A DNA stretch of 64,000 bases from Ferrithrix thermotolerans DSM 19514 (GCA_945861025.1 CAMASN010000005.1:7239-71238); one strand, 5' to 3'. Shown: positions 39,947 through 49,608, numbered from the stretch's first letter. Notes: a model not told the origin generated them from the sequence alone. Numbers and translations: made by a program.

Positions 39947-40507
39947 ATGTCCATCACAGCTCACACCGACAACAACCCAGGGATCGCCTCGGGCGTCTGG
40001 ACCATTGATCCAGCGCACTCAACTGTTGGCTTCGCAGTACGTCACTTGATGGTGGCGAAAGTGCGTGGCCGCTTCGGTGCGTTCACCGGAACGATCACCA
40101 TCGCCGACAACGTGCTCGAGTCACGCCTCGACGCATCGGTTGAGATGACGTCGGTCGACACCGGCGATGCTGGCCGCGACGGCCACCTGCGTGGCGCCGA
40201 CTTTCTCGATGTCGAGACGTTCCCGACGATGACATTCGCCAGCACGTCGTTGAAGGCCGTTGACGGGCACTATGCGCTCAATGGCATTTTGACGATCAAG
40301 GGTGTCGCCAAGCCAGTTACGTTTGCGCTTGAGTTCGATGGTGTCGCTATCGATCCTTGGGGCAACACCAAGGCTGGATTCTCGGCCACTGCCGAGATCA
40401 ACCGCAAGGACTGGGGCATCGAATGGAACGCTGTCCTCGAAGCGGGTGGCGTGCTGGTTGGCGAGAAAGTAAAGATTCAACTCGACATCGAAGCCGCCAA
40501 GGCCTAA
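39947..40507 (+). CDS. YceI-family polyisoprenoid-binding protein
   Basis: WTIDPAHSTVGFAVRHLMVAKVRGRF...LTIKGVAKPVTF...INRKDWGIEWN. Confidence 0.85.
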   Translation: MSITAHTDNNPGIASGVWTIDPAHSTVGFAVRHLMVAKVRGRFGAFTGTITIADNVLESRLDASVEMTSVDTGDAGRDGHLRGADFLDVETFPTMTFASTSLKAVDGHYALNGILTIKGVAKPVTFALEFDGVAIDPWGNTKAGFSATAEINRKDWGIEWNAVLEAGGVLVGEKVKIQLDIEAAKA

Positions 40508-40538
40508 CGAGTCGGATAGAGACAAAGGGAACATCGCT

Positions 40539-41030
40539 ATGGCCAGTGTCCAACGTCTGAACCATGCAGTGCTGTGGGTGCGCGATGCGCGCATCTCGGC
40601 AGAGTTCTACTGCAACGTGCTCGGGTTCGAAGTGGTCACCGACCTTGGGCCTGGTCAAGCGATGTTTCTGCGGGCCAGTGGCTCGGGCAACCACCACGAT
40701 CTCGGCATATTCAGCCGTGGAGCAACTGCGACCGTGCCTGCTCGTGGTTCGCTCGGTTTGTATCACCTGGCTTGGCAAGTAGACACCATCGACGAGCTTG
40801 TTGAGATCCAAGAAGTGTTGCGGGCGCACAACGCCATCGTCGGCGCATCCGATCACGGCATGTCGAAGAGCCTCTATGCGGTGGACCCAGATGGCATCGA
40901 GTTTGAAGTGGCGTGGATGGTTCCCCGGGCGAACTGGGAGGGCGACCGCACCGTGGCGCTCGATCTCGGTGCCGAAGTGCGTCGTTGGAGTGGCGTTGCA
41001 ACCGCAGCAGAGGCCACCCAGCGCCTCTGA
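40539..41030 (+). CDS. VOC (glyoxalase / extradiol dioxygenase) family protein
   Basis: LNHAVLWVRDARISAEFYCNVLGFEV...HHDLGIF...LYHLAWQV...SLYAVDPDGIEFEV. Confidence 0.8.
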   Translation: MASVQRLNHAVLWVRDARISAEFYCNVLGFEVVTDLGPGQAMFLRASGSGNHHDLGIFSRGATATVPARGSLGLYHLAWQVDTIDELVEIQEVLRAHNAIVGASDHGMSKSLYAVDPDGIEFEVAWMVPRANWEGDRTVALDLGAEVRRWSGVATAAEATQRL

Positions 41031-41057
41031 TCACAGCGGGCGTCGTAGGTTGCTGCC

Positions 41058-42290
41058 TCAGCCAGCGGCGTTGAGATAGTGCAGCACGGCCTCGCCGCAT
41101 CGGCGACCCGAGAACAACGCTCCCTGAATCGAGGCAGTGTCGCGATGATCGCCGCACACGAACAATCCGCTGTCGAGCGACACCGCCTTTTCCGGATTGA
41201 ACGGCGGGTTCTGATTGGGCTGGCCGTGGGCAATGCGATAGGTGCGCAGGTGTCGCCACGAATCAACTTGGGTGCCCCACCAACCGCGTAGCTGTTGGCG
41301 GGCGAGTGCCTCGAGATCGCCTCCGATGACTCCGGGCATTGCTACCGCGATGAGGTGTTGTCCTGCTGGTGCATACGTGGGCGCAATATTGCTCATCACC
41401 GCAACATTGAGCGCTGGACCAGTGTTGTCTGCGTCGAGCACGATGAGCCGTTTGTCGGTTGGCGCGACATCGGCCGCGAAGTACACGCAGCCGGCCGACT
41501 GCGAGGCCACCGGTGGCAACGACAGCAGCGCACTTGCAGATGGACCTTCGGTTGCGACGACAACCGCTCGCGCATCCACGGTGCTGCCGTCGGCAAGTGT
41601 GACGCAGCGTGCGTTCACGGCCGAGACGGGCGAGTTGAGCCGAACAGTTCCGGGAGTAAGACCAGCAGCCATCTGCGTGCCGATTGCGCCCATACCTTGC
41701 GCAGGCACCGCTGAGTCGCCCTCGGACAACCAACGGAAGATCACCTCGAAGGCGCGGTTTGACGTGTTCATTGAGGGGTCGAGTTGGATGCCTCCAATGA
41801 GCGGTCGCAAGAAACGATTGATCATCTTCGGTGAGAAACCTTGCGATTGCAGCGAAGCAAGTGTTGAGGTGTCGGGTCCGCCGAGCAACGCCCGAATCGG
41901 GCGGCGGCGAACACGCGAACGCAACAGCGCAATACGCAACTTGTCGGCTGGCGACCCAATGGGGGCAAGGGCGGTGGCGAGTGCTTGAGTGGGACGCCGA
42001 AATGGATCGCTGACAACATGGCCGCGACCCTTGGTCCACACCAGAGCACCAGGCTCGAAGTTCTGCAGATCGAGTGCGGCAAGGTCGAGTTGCTGGGGCA
42101 GCTCGGGATACGCGGTGAGCAGCACTTGGAACCCGCGGTCGAGCAAGAAGCCATCGACATGGTCGGTGCGCACGCGCCCGCCGACACCGTCTGATGCCTC
42201 GAGAACTGTCACTGTCTTGCCGACAGCGGTGAGCGTGCGCGCCGCTGCGAGGCCGGCAAGGCCGGCGCCAACAATGACGACGTCGGTCAT
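41058..42290 (-). CDS. FAD-dependent amine-oxidase-like oxidoreductase
   Basis: Internal start MTDVVIVGAGLAGLAAARTLTAVGKTVTVLEASDGVGGRVRT. The ATGA overlaps the upstream gene's stop. The 163-aa upstream extension was rejected. Confidence 0.8.
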   Translation of the reverse strand: MTDVVIVGAGLAGLAAARTLTAVGKTVTVLEASDGVGGRVRTDHVDGFLLDRGFQVLLTAYPELPQQLDLAALDLQNFEPGALVWTKGRGHVVSDPFRRPTQALATALAPIGSPADKLRIALLRSRVRRRPIRALLGGPDTSTLASLQSQGFSPKMINRFLRPLIGGIQLDPSMNTSNRAFEVIFRWLSEGDSAVPAQGMGAIGTQMAAGLTPGTVRLNSPVSAVNARCVTLADGSTVDARAVVVATEGPSASALLSLPPVASQSAGCVYFAADVAPTDKRLIVLDADNTGPALNVAVMSNIAPTYAPAGQHLIAVAMPGVIGGDLEALARQQLRGWWGTQVDSWRHLRTYRIAHGQPNQNPPFNPEKAVSLDSGLFVCGDHRDTASIQGALFSGRRCGEAVLHYLNAAG

Positions 42291-43189
42291 GCCGCGGCTC
42301 GACCAAGAATGCTGCGCAGGGCGTGTTCGAGGGTGGCGTGCTGGAACGCAAAGCCGTCGTCGAGCAACACCTTGGGTAACACCTTTTGGCCAGTGAACAA
42401 CAACGCATTGGCGAGTTCGCCACCGAGCAAGAGCTTGGGCCCGAACTTGGGGATGGGAAGCAGGGTGGGCCGATGGAGCACCTTGCCGAGGGTCTTCGTG
42501 AACGTGGCCTGGGTGACGGGTGCCGGTGCAGTGAGGTTGACGGCGCCGTGCACGGGGGCGGTAATGAGGTGGAGAATGGCGCGCACTTCGTCGTCGAGCG
42601 AGATCCAACTCTGCCATTGGCTCCCGTTGCCGAACTTGCCGCCGAGACCCAACTTGAACAACGGCAGTTGCTTCGCCAATGCACCGGCCGACTCGGCCAG
42701 AACAATGCCGGTGCGCAGGTGAGCCACGCGCACCCCGGCGTCGCTGGCTGCAGCGGTGGCTGCTTCCCACTTCACGCACAGGTCGGCCAAGAAGCCGCTG
42801 CCGACGCTGCTGTGCTCGTCGAGGTTTTCGTCGTCGCGCGCGCCGTATACGCCGATGGCTGAACCCGACAGAAACACGGCGGGCTTGTGATCGAGCGAGG
42901 CAATCGCCGATGCCAACAGTTCGGTGCCGAGCACACGACTGTCGACGAGCTCTCGCTTGTACTCGGTGGTCCAGCGGCGATCACCGATGCCAGCGCCCGC
43001 AAGGTGCACAACAGCGTCGGCACCTTCGAGCGCAGCGGCTTCGATGGTTCCGTCAGTGGGATTCCAGTGCGCCTCGCCGGGTCGCGGCGTTCGTCGAACG
43101 AGTCGCGTGACATCGTTTCCGTCGGCGCTGAGCTTCTTGACCAGTGCGGTTCCGATGAGACCTGAGGATCCGGTGACGACTACATGCAT
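42287..43189 (-). CDS. TIGR01777/YfcH-type NAD-dependent epimerase-like SDR
   Basis: MHVVVTGSSGLIGTALVKKL...VVHLAGAGIGDRRWT...FLSGSAIGVYG. Confidence 0.8.
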   Translation of the reverse strand: MHVVVTGSSGLIGTALVKKLSADGNDVTRLVRRTPRPGEAHWNPTDGTIEAAALEGADAVVHLAGAGIGDRRWTTEYKRELVDSRVLGTELLASAIASLDHKPAVFLSGSAIGVYGARDDENLDEHSSVGSGFLADLCVKWEAATAAASDAGVRVAHLRTGIVLAESAGALAKQLPLFKLGLGGKFGNGSQWQSWISLDDEVRAILHLITAPVHGAVNLTAPAPVTQATFTKTLGKVLHRPTLLPIPKFGPKLLLGGELANALLFTGQKVLPKVLLDDGFAFQHATLEHALRSILGRAAA

Positions 43190-43251
43190 ACCGCGACGAT
43201 AGACCTACGGCGACACCTATTTGCGACGCATTGGGGGGATTGTGTGTGACG

Positions 43252-45087
43252 TCAGTCGACGATGACGGGCACCGACGTGACCACGGTGTTAGGTCGATAC
43301 AACAACTTGGCCTTGATGGCCAGTGCCGATTGGTTGTGCAGCCATTGGCTGGAGAACTTTGTGACGAATTCGGGGATGACCACGGTGATCATTTCGTCGG
43401 CCGACTGCTCGTCGAGTTCATCGATATATCTCAAGATCGGGCCAGTGAGATCGCGGTACGGCGAACTGACCGTGTGCAGTTCGATCGAGATGTCGAACGT
43501 GTCCCATTGCTCACGGAAGTGACGTTCTTCTTCAGGGTCAGACACGACTGACAGAGCGATGAGGCGATCGGGAGCAAGGCTGGCTGCGTATTGCAGGGCA
43601 TGGAGCACACCCTTGTTGATGCTGCCGACGAGCACCACCACGAGGTGCTGCTGGCGTTGCACTTTGTAGCCGGGCTCAACATGGGTTGCCTTATTGACAC
43701 GAGAGTAGTGGCGACTGATGCCCTTGAAGGTGCTCGACATCGCGACAATGACCACCACGCTGATCCATGCGCCCGACATGAACTTGGTGACGATGACGAT
43801 GAGCGCCACGAGACCGGTAGTGACTGCGCCGAATGCGTTGATGGCAAGGTTGCGCCTCCAGCCGGGCTCTTTGAGCTTTACGTGGTGCACGCACATGCCG
43901 GTCTGGCTGAGGGTGAAGCCAGTGAACACGCCAACGGCGTACAGCGGGATCAACAGTTCGATCTTGCCTTTGAACACCACAACAAGCGCAATGGCTGCGA
44001 TGGACAAAAACAAAATTCCGTTCGAGAACACCAAGCGGTCGCCACGGTTGGAGAACTGTCGTGGCAGGAATCCGTCCTTGGCGATGATTGATGACAGACG
44101 CGGATAGTCGGCGTAGGCAGTGTTGGCGGCCAAGATGAGCACGGCGAAGGTGGCGAACTGGGTAATGAAGAACGGCACGTTTCGTCCGCCGTAAATGTGC
44201 TCGGCAAGCTGTGCGAGCACCGTGCCGCCGAAGCCGGGAACTGGCTGCAGGCGGTTGGCCACGATAGAGATTCCGAAGAAGCACACGCCGAGAATGACCG
44301 CCATCCAGACGAGCGTGATCGATGCGTTTTTTGACTCGGGCTTCTTGAACGCAGGGACACCATTAGAAACGGCTTCAACGCCGCTCAAGGCCACAGCGCC
44401 TGATGAAAATCCCTTCAGGAATAGCAGCAGCGAAATGCCTCCGAGATGTCCGAGCTCCTCGGCGGCCAAACCAGTGTGCTGAATGGGACCGAGATCCTGC
44501 ACGAACACCCGGTATAGACCAACCACGATGAGCGCCACGAGGCTGAGAACGTAGATGTATGTGGGCGGAGCAAACAACGCGCCGGATTCTTTGAGCCCGC
44601 GCAGGTTGGCGATGGTCATGACGACGATGAAGCCAACGCAGAGTTCGACTCGGTATTGCACGAGGCTTGGGAAGGCCGCCACGATGGCCGCACTACCGCC
44701 GGCAACAGATACACAAACCGTCAAGATGTAGTCGGTGAGCAGAGAACTACCTGCGACCAACGAGGGAATCTCGCCGAGGTTTTCGCGGCTGACCACGTAT
44801 GAGCCGCCACCGCTTGGGTAAGCGAAGATGGTTTGTCGATAGCTGACCACCACGACCGCGAGCAGCACCACGACCATGATCGAGATGGGCACCAGCTTGG
44901 CGTAGGCGGCGGCGCCCACTCCGGCGATGATGAACACGTGCAGGATCTCTTCGGTCGCGTATGCGGTGGACGAGATGGCGTCGCTGGAAAAGACCGGAAG
45001 TGCGATCTTCTTAGAGAGGCGTTGATGTTGTTCTTCGGCAGACGCGAGTGGTTTGCCGATAAGGAGTCTCTTCAAAGAAGTGGCCAT
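43252..45087 (-). CDS. APC-family permease with a C-terminal cytoplasmic domain
   Basis: 611 aa. LPVFSSDAISSTAYATEEIL N-terminal motif, about 12 TM segments, then a soluble tail. Divergent from the trkA pair, as in other actinobacteria. Confidence 0.85.
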   Translation of the reverse strand: MATSLKRLLIGKPLASAEEQHQRLSKKIALPVFSSDAISSTAYATEEILHVFIIAGVGAAAYAKLVPISIMVVVLLAVVVVSYRQTIFAYPSGGGSYVVSRENLGEIPSLVAGSSLLTDYILTVCVSVAGGSAAIVAAFPSLVQYRVELCVGFIVVMTIANLRGLKESGALFAPPTYIYVLSLVALIVVGLYRVFVQDLGPIQHTGLAAEELGHLGGISLLLFLKGFSSGAVALSGVEAVSNGVPAFKKPESKNASITLVWMAVILGVCFFGISIVANRLQPVPGFGGTVLAQLAEHIYGGRNVPFFITQFATFAVLILAANTAYADYPRLSSIIAKDGFLPRQFSNRGDRLVFSNGILFLSIAAIALVVVFKGKIELLIPLYAVGVFTGFTLSQTGMCVHHVKLKEPGWRRNLAINAFGAVTTGLVALIVIVTKFMSGAWISVVVIVAMSSTFKGISRHYSRVNKATHVEPGYKVQRQQHLVVVLVGSINKGVLHALQYAASLAPDRLIALSVVSDPEEERHFREQWDTFDISIELHTVSSPYRDLTGPILRYIDELDEQSADEMITVVIPEFVTKFSSQWLHNQSALAIKAKLLYRPNTVVTSVPVIVD

Positions 45088-45211
45088 GCAATCGGGAAGC
45101 TTCGTCGGTTGTGGAGACCTTGTGCAACATAGGAAATGAATTGTTCAGAAAACTTGGTGGTTCTCGTGGGGTAATGCCTACGATTCGGGCGACTTCTTTG
45201 GAGGACGTGCG

Positions 45212-45877
45212 ATGCATGTTGTGATTGTTGGTTGTGGACGTGTTGGGTCGGCGCTTGCACGCGACCTCATTGAGGGTGGGCATTCGGTGGCCATCATCGA
45301 CCGCAAAGCCGAGGCGTTCACCCGTCTAGGTGCAGACTTCGCTGGGCAGACCATCATTGGTATTGGGTTCGACCGAGAGGTGCTCATCGCCGCCGGCATC
45401 GAACGCGCCGAAGCAGTGGCTGCGGTAACCAGCGGCGACAACTCAAACATCCTCGTAGCGCGAGTCGCTCGTGAGAACTTCGGCATCGAGCGCGTTGTCG
45501 CTCGCATCTACGACCCGCAGCGCGCCGCCGTGTATCAGCGTCTCGGCATCTCCACCGTTGCCACCGTGTCGTGGACCACCGAGCGCGTGTTGCGTCGAGT
45601 GCTTCCCGCCGAGACCGCTGTCGAGTGGGTCGACGCAAGTGCGCAGGTGTCGCTCGTTGAGCGCCCTATTGTGGGCGCACTCGCCGGCCGCAACTACTCA
45701 GATATTGAAGAAGCAGCAACTGTGCGCATTGTGGCCGTCAGCCGTTTGGGTTCGGCGATGTTGCTCACCCCAGGCCTTGTGGCGCAAGAAGGCGACCTTG
45801 CCTATTTTGCGATTGCGTCCAAAGACGTCGATGGCCTGCACGACTTACTCGCCGCCCCGGCCTCACACGGTCACTAG
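45212..45877 (+). CDS. trkA: TrkA-type K+ transport regulatory protein (RCK N+C)
   Basis: MHVVIVGCGRVGSALARDL (Rossmann) plus a C-terminal TrkA-C-like part. Confidence 0.9.
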   Translation: MHVVIVGCGRVGSALARDLIEGGHSVAIIDRKAEAFTRLGADFAGQTIIGIGFDREVLIAAGIERAEAVAAVTSGDNSNILVARVARENFGIERVVARIYDPQRAAVYQRLGISTVATVSWTTERVLRRVLPAETAVEWVDASAQVSLVERPIVGALAGRNYSDIEEAATVRIVAVSRLGSAMLLTPGLVAQEGDLAYFAIASKDVDGLHDLLAAPASHGH

Positions 45878-45892
45878 GAACAGGAACTCGTC

Positions 45893-46564
45893 ATGAAAGC
45901 AGTGATCGTTGGCGGCGGAAGCGTCGGTCGGTTCATCGCCGAGCAACTCGGTAGCTCGGGCCACACCGTGGTGATTTTGGACAATGACCCTCGAGTGTTC
46001 AAGCAGTATCAAAAGGCCGAAAAGCTTGCCGGAGTTTCATGGGTTCAGGGCGACGGTTGCGACCTTGGCGCGCTCAAGGCTGTTGGCCTGTCTGACTGCG
46101 ATGTTGTCGCAGCCGTAACTGGCGACGACGAAGACAACTTGGTTGTGTCGTTGTTGTCGAAGCAAGAGTTCGGCGTGCCCCGTGTTGTAGCTCGTGTGAA
46201 CAACCCCAACAACGAGTGGATGTTCAACGAGATGTGGGGTGTCGACGTTTCGGTGTCCACGCCGCATCTCATCACGGGCTTGGTGCAAGAGGCTGTAGCT
46301 GTTGGCTCGTTCGTTCGACTGCTGTCGTTCGAGGGCGGCAAGGCCAAGTTGGCCGAGGTTACCTTGGCCACCGACTCGCCAGCCATCGACAAAGAGATCA
46401 CCGCACTTGGCTTTCCTCGCGATGCCACCGTGGCGGCCATTTTGCGTCACGACCACATGGTGCATCCTCGTGGTGACACCGTGCTGCGCGCCGGCGACGA
46501 AGTGATCGTGTTGGTTACTGGCGATAGCGAGAACGACGTTCGCCGCATTCTCATCGCCGAATAG
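45893..46564 (+). CDS. trkA: TrkA-type K+ transport regulatory protein, second paralog
   Basis: MKAVIVGGGSVGRFIAEQL...GDGCDLGALKAVG...VLRAGDEVIVLV. Confidence 0.9.
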   Translation: MKAVIVGGGSVGRFIAEQLGSSGHTVVILDNDPRVFKQYQKAEKLAGVSWVQGDGCDLGALKAVGLSDCDVVAAVTGDDEDNLVVSLLSKQEFGVPRVVARVNNPNNEWMFNEMWGVDVSVSTPHLITGLVQEAVAVGSFVRLLSFEGGKAKLAEVTLATDSPAIDKEITALGFPRDATVAAILRHDHMVHPRGDTVLRAGDEVIVLVTGDSENDVRRILIAE

Positions 46565-46615
46565 GCACCGCACCGCCGACCCGAGTTGGCGTGGCAAGCA
46601 AGCGGCCGTTGTGGC

Positions 46616-46972
46616 TTAGCCCGAGATCAGCGTGTACGACGGATTCAGCATCACGCGCCGGCCGCGCTCGTCGTGCGCAACGCCTTCGATGACCATTGCT
46701 CGACCGTGCTCGATGCCACGAATGGCGCGTCGGCCGGTAAAGACTGCAACCGCATCGCCGGTGCCATCGGATACCACGATCTCGAGTGCCGGAATGCCCT
46801 TGCGCGGAGCGACCCGAATGCGCCTCACTTCTCCACCAACTCGCGAAGATATGCGGCACTGCAGTTCAGAGATGGGCATGAGCTTGAGATCGGTGAAGCG
46901 TTCCTGCAGTCGCTCGGCATCAAGATTCTCGGGCTTCGACTTCAGACGGTGGGCGAGGTCGCGAAGTCCCAT
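46616..46972 (-). CDS. OB-fold nucleic-acid-binding domain protein
   Basis: 118 aa. ...VGGEVRRIRVAPRKGIPALEIVVSDGTGDAVAVFTGRR... Its position after the trkA pair is conserved in actinobacteria. Confidence 0.7.
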   Translation of the reverse strand: MGLRDLAHRLKSKPENLDAERLQERFTDLKLMPISELQCRISSRVGGEVRRIRVAPRKGIPALEIVVSDGTGDAVAVFTGRRAIRGIEHGRAMVIEGVAHDERGRRVMLNPSYTLISG

Positions 46973-47574
46973 CAGTTGCCTGCAATCGTGTTTGCGAGGG
47001 CGTCATCGAGGGCCTTCTCGTTGATCGTGCCAAGAGAGGTGGTGGTTGTTCCATTTGGCGAAACAAAGGCCCATGCGGGTTGCGCCGGCACACCGAAGCG
47101 GGCGAAGAGATCGCCGGTTTGATCGTTCATGTTCGCAAAGGTGATGCCGTGACGGTCGATGAACGCCTGCATTGAGTCTTCGTCGCCGTTCCATGCCACA
47201 CCGACGACCGTGATCTTGTCGGCCCACTTCTTGCTTGCCGCCTCGACCGAGGCAGCTTCTGCGTTGCACGCACTTCAACCAGGTGCCCAGAACCAAAAGG
47301 CGACGGGTCTACCGATGAACGAGGCAGCATCGATCTGGCCGCCGCCGACAGTTGCTGAGGTGAATGCCAAGAGGCCCGACGGCGAGCTTGATCCGGTTGT
47401 TGGCTCGGCGGTTGGTGAGGTGGGCGTCGAGAGAATCGATGCGGAGCTTTCGGCCACGGTTGTTGGCTCGGCGGTCGTGATCTTCGCAGAGCTTCCGCAA
47501 GCCGTAAGTGCGGCGGCAGCGGTGATCAAAGCGACTGTGCGTATCGCGCGCCGGTGAAGTAGAGCGGGGTCCAT
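46972..47574 (-). CDS. TlpA/ResA-like thioredoxin-fold lipoprotein interrupted by one in-frame TGA (47275-47277) at the first CXXC position; candidate selenoprotein or pseudogene
   Basis: Track ORFs 47275..47961 and 46972..47199 are in the same frame. The joined product is MDPALLHRRAIRTVALITAAAALTAC(lipobox)...GRPVAFWFWAPG-TGA-SACNAEAASVEAASKKWADKITVVGVAWNGDED...FGVPAQPAWAFV. Confidence 0.6.
47237..47256 (-). other. mRNA hairpin downstream of the in-frame UGA (candidate bacterial SECIS apical stem-loop)
   Basis: Minus-strand RNA GCUGCCUC-GGUC-GAGGCGGC: an 8-bp stem with one U.G pair and a GGUC tetraloop. The stem starts 18 nt after the UGA. Confidence 0.35.
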
Positions 47575-47635
47575 TTGCGCAACCCTATCGAGATTCGAGT
47601 AGGTGTGGGCCGCACTGGTTCGTAGTCTGTGGGGG

Positions 47636-48067
47636 ATGAAGACCCGAACGTTGCTCTTGCTTGCAGTTACGTGCGGGCTCGTGATCTTGTTGGCCGGCAG
47701 CATCAAGTTGTTCGGTATCGGTGAGGAGCGACAGGCGAAGCATCTCACGGTTGGCCAAAGCGACACCATTGGCGATATGAAGGTCACGGTTGTGTCGGTC
47801 AAGCGTGAACTCGGTCTCATCCTGGTTTCGGTCACGCTGGTCGGCGCCGACGACGCCAACGGAGCCACTACGTGGAAACTCGGATTGGGCACCGATGCAA
47901 ACCTTGCTCCGGTGGCTACACCGCCAGAGGCTGGCGCGCAGTGCGCCGCCACGAAGGCCACTCAGCCCACCTCGTGCGTGTTGGCGTTCGTCACCTCAAA
48001 GACTCTCGGCGTGTTGCTCTACGAACGCGCCGGAGAGACTCGCCGCTGGGATATTGATCTGCCATAA
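47636..48067 (+). CDS. Hypothetical exported or membrane-anchored protein
   Basis: MKTRTLLLLAVTCGLVILLAGS N-terminus, preceded by a G-rich RBS-like tract. No family recognised. Confidence 0.55.
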   Translation: MKTRTLLLLAVTCGLVILLAGSIKLFGIGEERQAKHLTVGQSDTIGDMKVTVVSVKRELGLILVSVTLVGADDANGATTWKLGLGTDANLAPVATPPEAGAQCAATKATQPTSCVLAFVTSKTLGVLLYERAGETRRWDIDLP

Positions 48068-48180
48068 GTGGTGGTGTCAGCAACCCCTTCGCGCCCCTTT
48101 TAGACCCTTCATGTGGTGGCTCGCGAGGGCCGAACAGCTACGGTGACATCCGAAGATCTCGCCCTGCGCGAGCGCAATGT

Positions 48181-49608
48181 GTGGAGGTGGTTGGTCTGGC
48201 CGAGCAGTTCGATCTCGTGATTATTGGGGGAGGCCCCGGAGGCTACGGCGCAGCGCTATATGCGGCCTCGGCTGGTCTCAATGTGGCGCTCGTCGAGAAA
48301 GACGTCGTCGGCGGCACCTGCCTCAACAGGGGCTGCATCCCAGCGAAGGCGTTTCTCGAAACGGCCGCGGTGAATCGCCACGTTGTGCACGCTGCCGACT
48401 TCGGCATTGAGTCCAGCGCTCCGCATGTGAACTTTGCCGTGGCCCAGGCTCGCAAGCAAAAGATCGTCGACGGTTTAGTCAAGGGCATCGGCGGGCTCAT
48501 CAAAAGCCGCAAGATCACGTACTACCTCGGCTCTGGTTCGCTTGGCGCCGACCGCACGGTCACCGTTGCCTTGGCCGATGGTGGCACTGCGCAGGCACAA
48601 GGTCGCGCAGTCGTGCTGGCTGCCGGTTCGGTCCCACGAACTATCCCAGGGTTCGATCGTGGTGGTCCAATCATGACCAGCGACGAAGTGCTCATGCTCG
48701 ATTACGTGCCGGCGCGTTTGGCGGTCATTGGTGGCGGTGCCATCGGGTGCGAGTTCGCTTCTACCTTTGCCGACCTCGGTTCGCAGGTCACCATCCTCGA
48801 GGGTTTGCCGAAGATCTTGCCGGGCCTCGACGCCGACCTTGCCAATGTTGTGGTGCGCAGCTTCAAGAAGAAGAACATCGACATTCGCACCGGCGTTTCT
48901 GTCAACGGGCATACGCCACAAGCCGGAGCCGACGGGCGTGGTTACACCACGGTTCACTTTGGTGAAGGTGAGAGCCTTGAGGTCGATGCCGTTGTGGTGT
49001 CGGTTGGCCGCCGCCCCTACGCCGACGAACTCGGGTTGGTTTCCACCCGCGTCAGCGTCACCGAGCGAGGCTTTGTCGAGGTCGACGAGTTTTGTCGCAC
49101 CGGCGAACCTGGCGTCTACGCAATCGGCGACCTCATCAACACGCCGCAACTCGCGCACGTCGCATATGCCGAGGCGATCTTGGTGGTCAAAGATCTGCTC
49201 GGCGAGAAGCCAATGCCCATTCGTTACGACCGAGTTCCGTGGGCCATTTACTGTCACCCCGAAGTTGCGTGGTCTGGTCTCGGCGAAGAGGCAGCGAATG
49301 CCCTCGGCTTTGAAATCGTTGTGAGCAAGCACCAGTTCAGGGCCAACAGCCGCGCCCAGATCATCGGCGAGATTGATGGCCTCGTGAAGGTCGTAGCCAA
49401 GAAGAATGCCGACGGCAGCGCCGGCCAGGTGCTCGGTGTGCACATGGTTGGCCCATGGGTGACCGAGCAGCTCAGCGGCGGATACCTCGCCGTGAACTGG
49501 GAGGCCACCGTCGCCGAGGTTGCTGAATTCATTCAGCCGCATCCCAGCCTGAGCGAGCTGTTCGGTGAGACGATGTTGTCCCTCACTGGGCGTAGTCTCA
49601 ACAGCTGA
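48181..49608 (+). CDS. lpd: Dihydrolipoyl dehydrogenase (E3)
   Basis: FDLVIIGGGPGGYGAALYAA...GGTCLNRGCIPAK (redox disulfide)...HPSLSE C-terminal motif. Confidence 0.92.
   Translation: MEVVGLAEQFDLVIIGGGPGGYGAALYAASAGLNVALVEKDVVGGTCLNRGCIPAKAFLETAAVNRHVVHAADFGIESSAPHVNFAVAQARKQKIVDGLVKGIGGLIKSRKITYYLGSGSLGADRTVTVALADGGTAQAQGRAVVLAAGSVPRTIPGFDRGGPIMTSDEVLMLDYVPARLAVIGGGAIGCEFASTFADLGSQVTILEGLPKILPGLDADLANVVVRSFKKKNIDIRTGVSVNGHTPQAGADGRGYTTVHFGEGESLEVDAVVVSVGRRPYADELGLVSTRVSVTERGFVEVDEFCRTGEPGVYAIGDLINTPQLAHVAYAEAILVVKDLLGEKPMPIRYDRVPWAIYCHPEVAWSGLGEEAANALGFEIVVSKHQFRANSRAQIIGEIDGLVKVVAKKNADGSAGQVLGVHMVGPWVTEQLSGGYLAVNWEATVAEVAEFIQPHPSLSELFGETMLSLTGRSLNS

Noticed and set aside
41263-42705. 480-aa minus-strand ORF, plus the 163-aa N-terminal extension of ORF 41058..42779
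   Set aside because: These are Arg/Ser/Pro-rich out-of-frame or upstream readings. The FAD-binding GxGxxG N-terminus starts at 42290 with an ATGA overlap to the upstream gene. The region 42287-43189 is occupied by a well-supported SDR gene.
45088-45211. Possible riboswitch (for example c-di-AMP / ydaO type) upstream of the trkA pair
   Set aside because: The spacer is short and relatively AT-rich, and I could not recognise the conserved ydaO core elements. It is more simply a divergent promoter region.
46972-47961. Treating 47275..47961 and 46972..47199 as two independent genes
   Set aside because: The upstream ORF would end precisely inside the redoxin active site, and the downstream ORF would lack the N-terminal half of the fold. 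The two share one frame. Most of the 47575-47961 portion of the long track ORF is an antisense reading of the neighbouring gene's upstream region.
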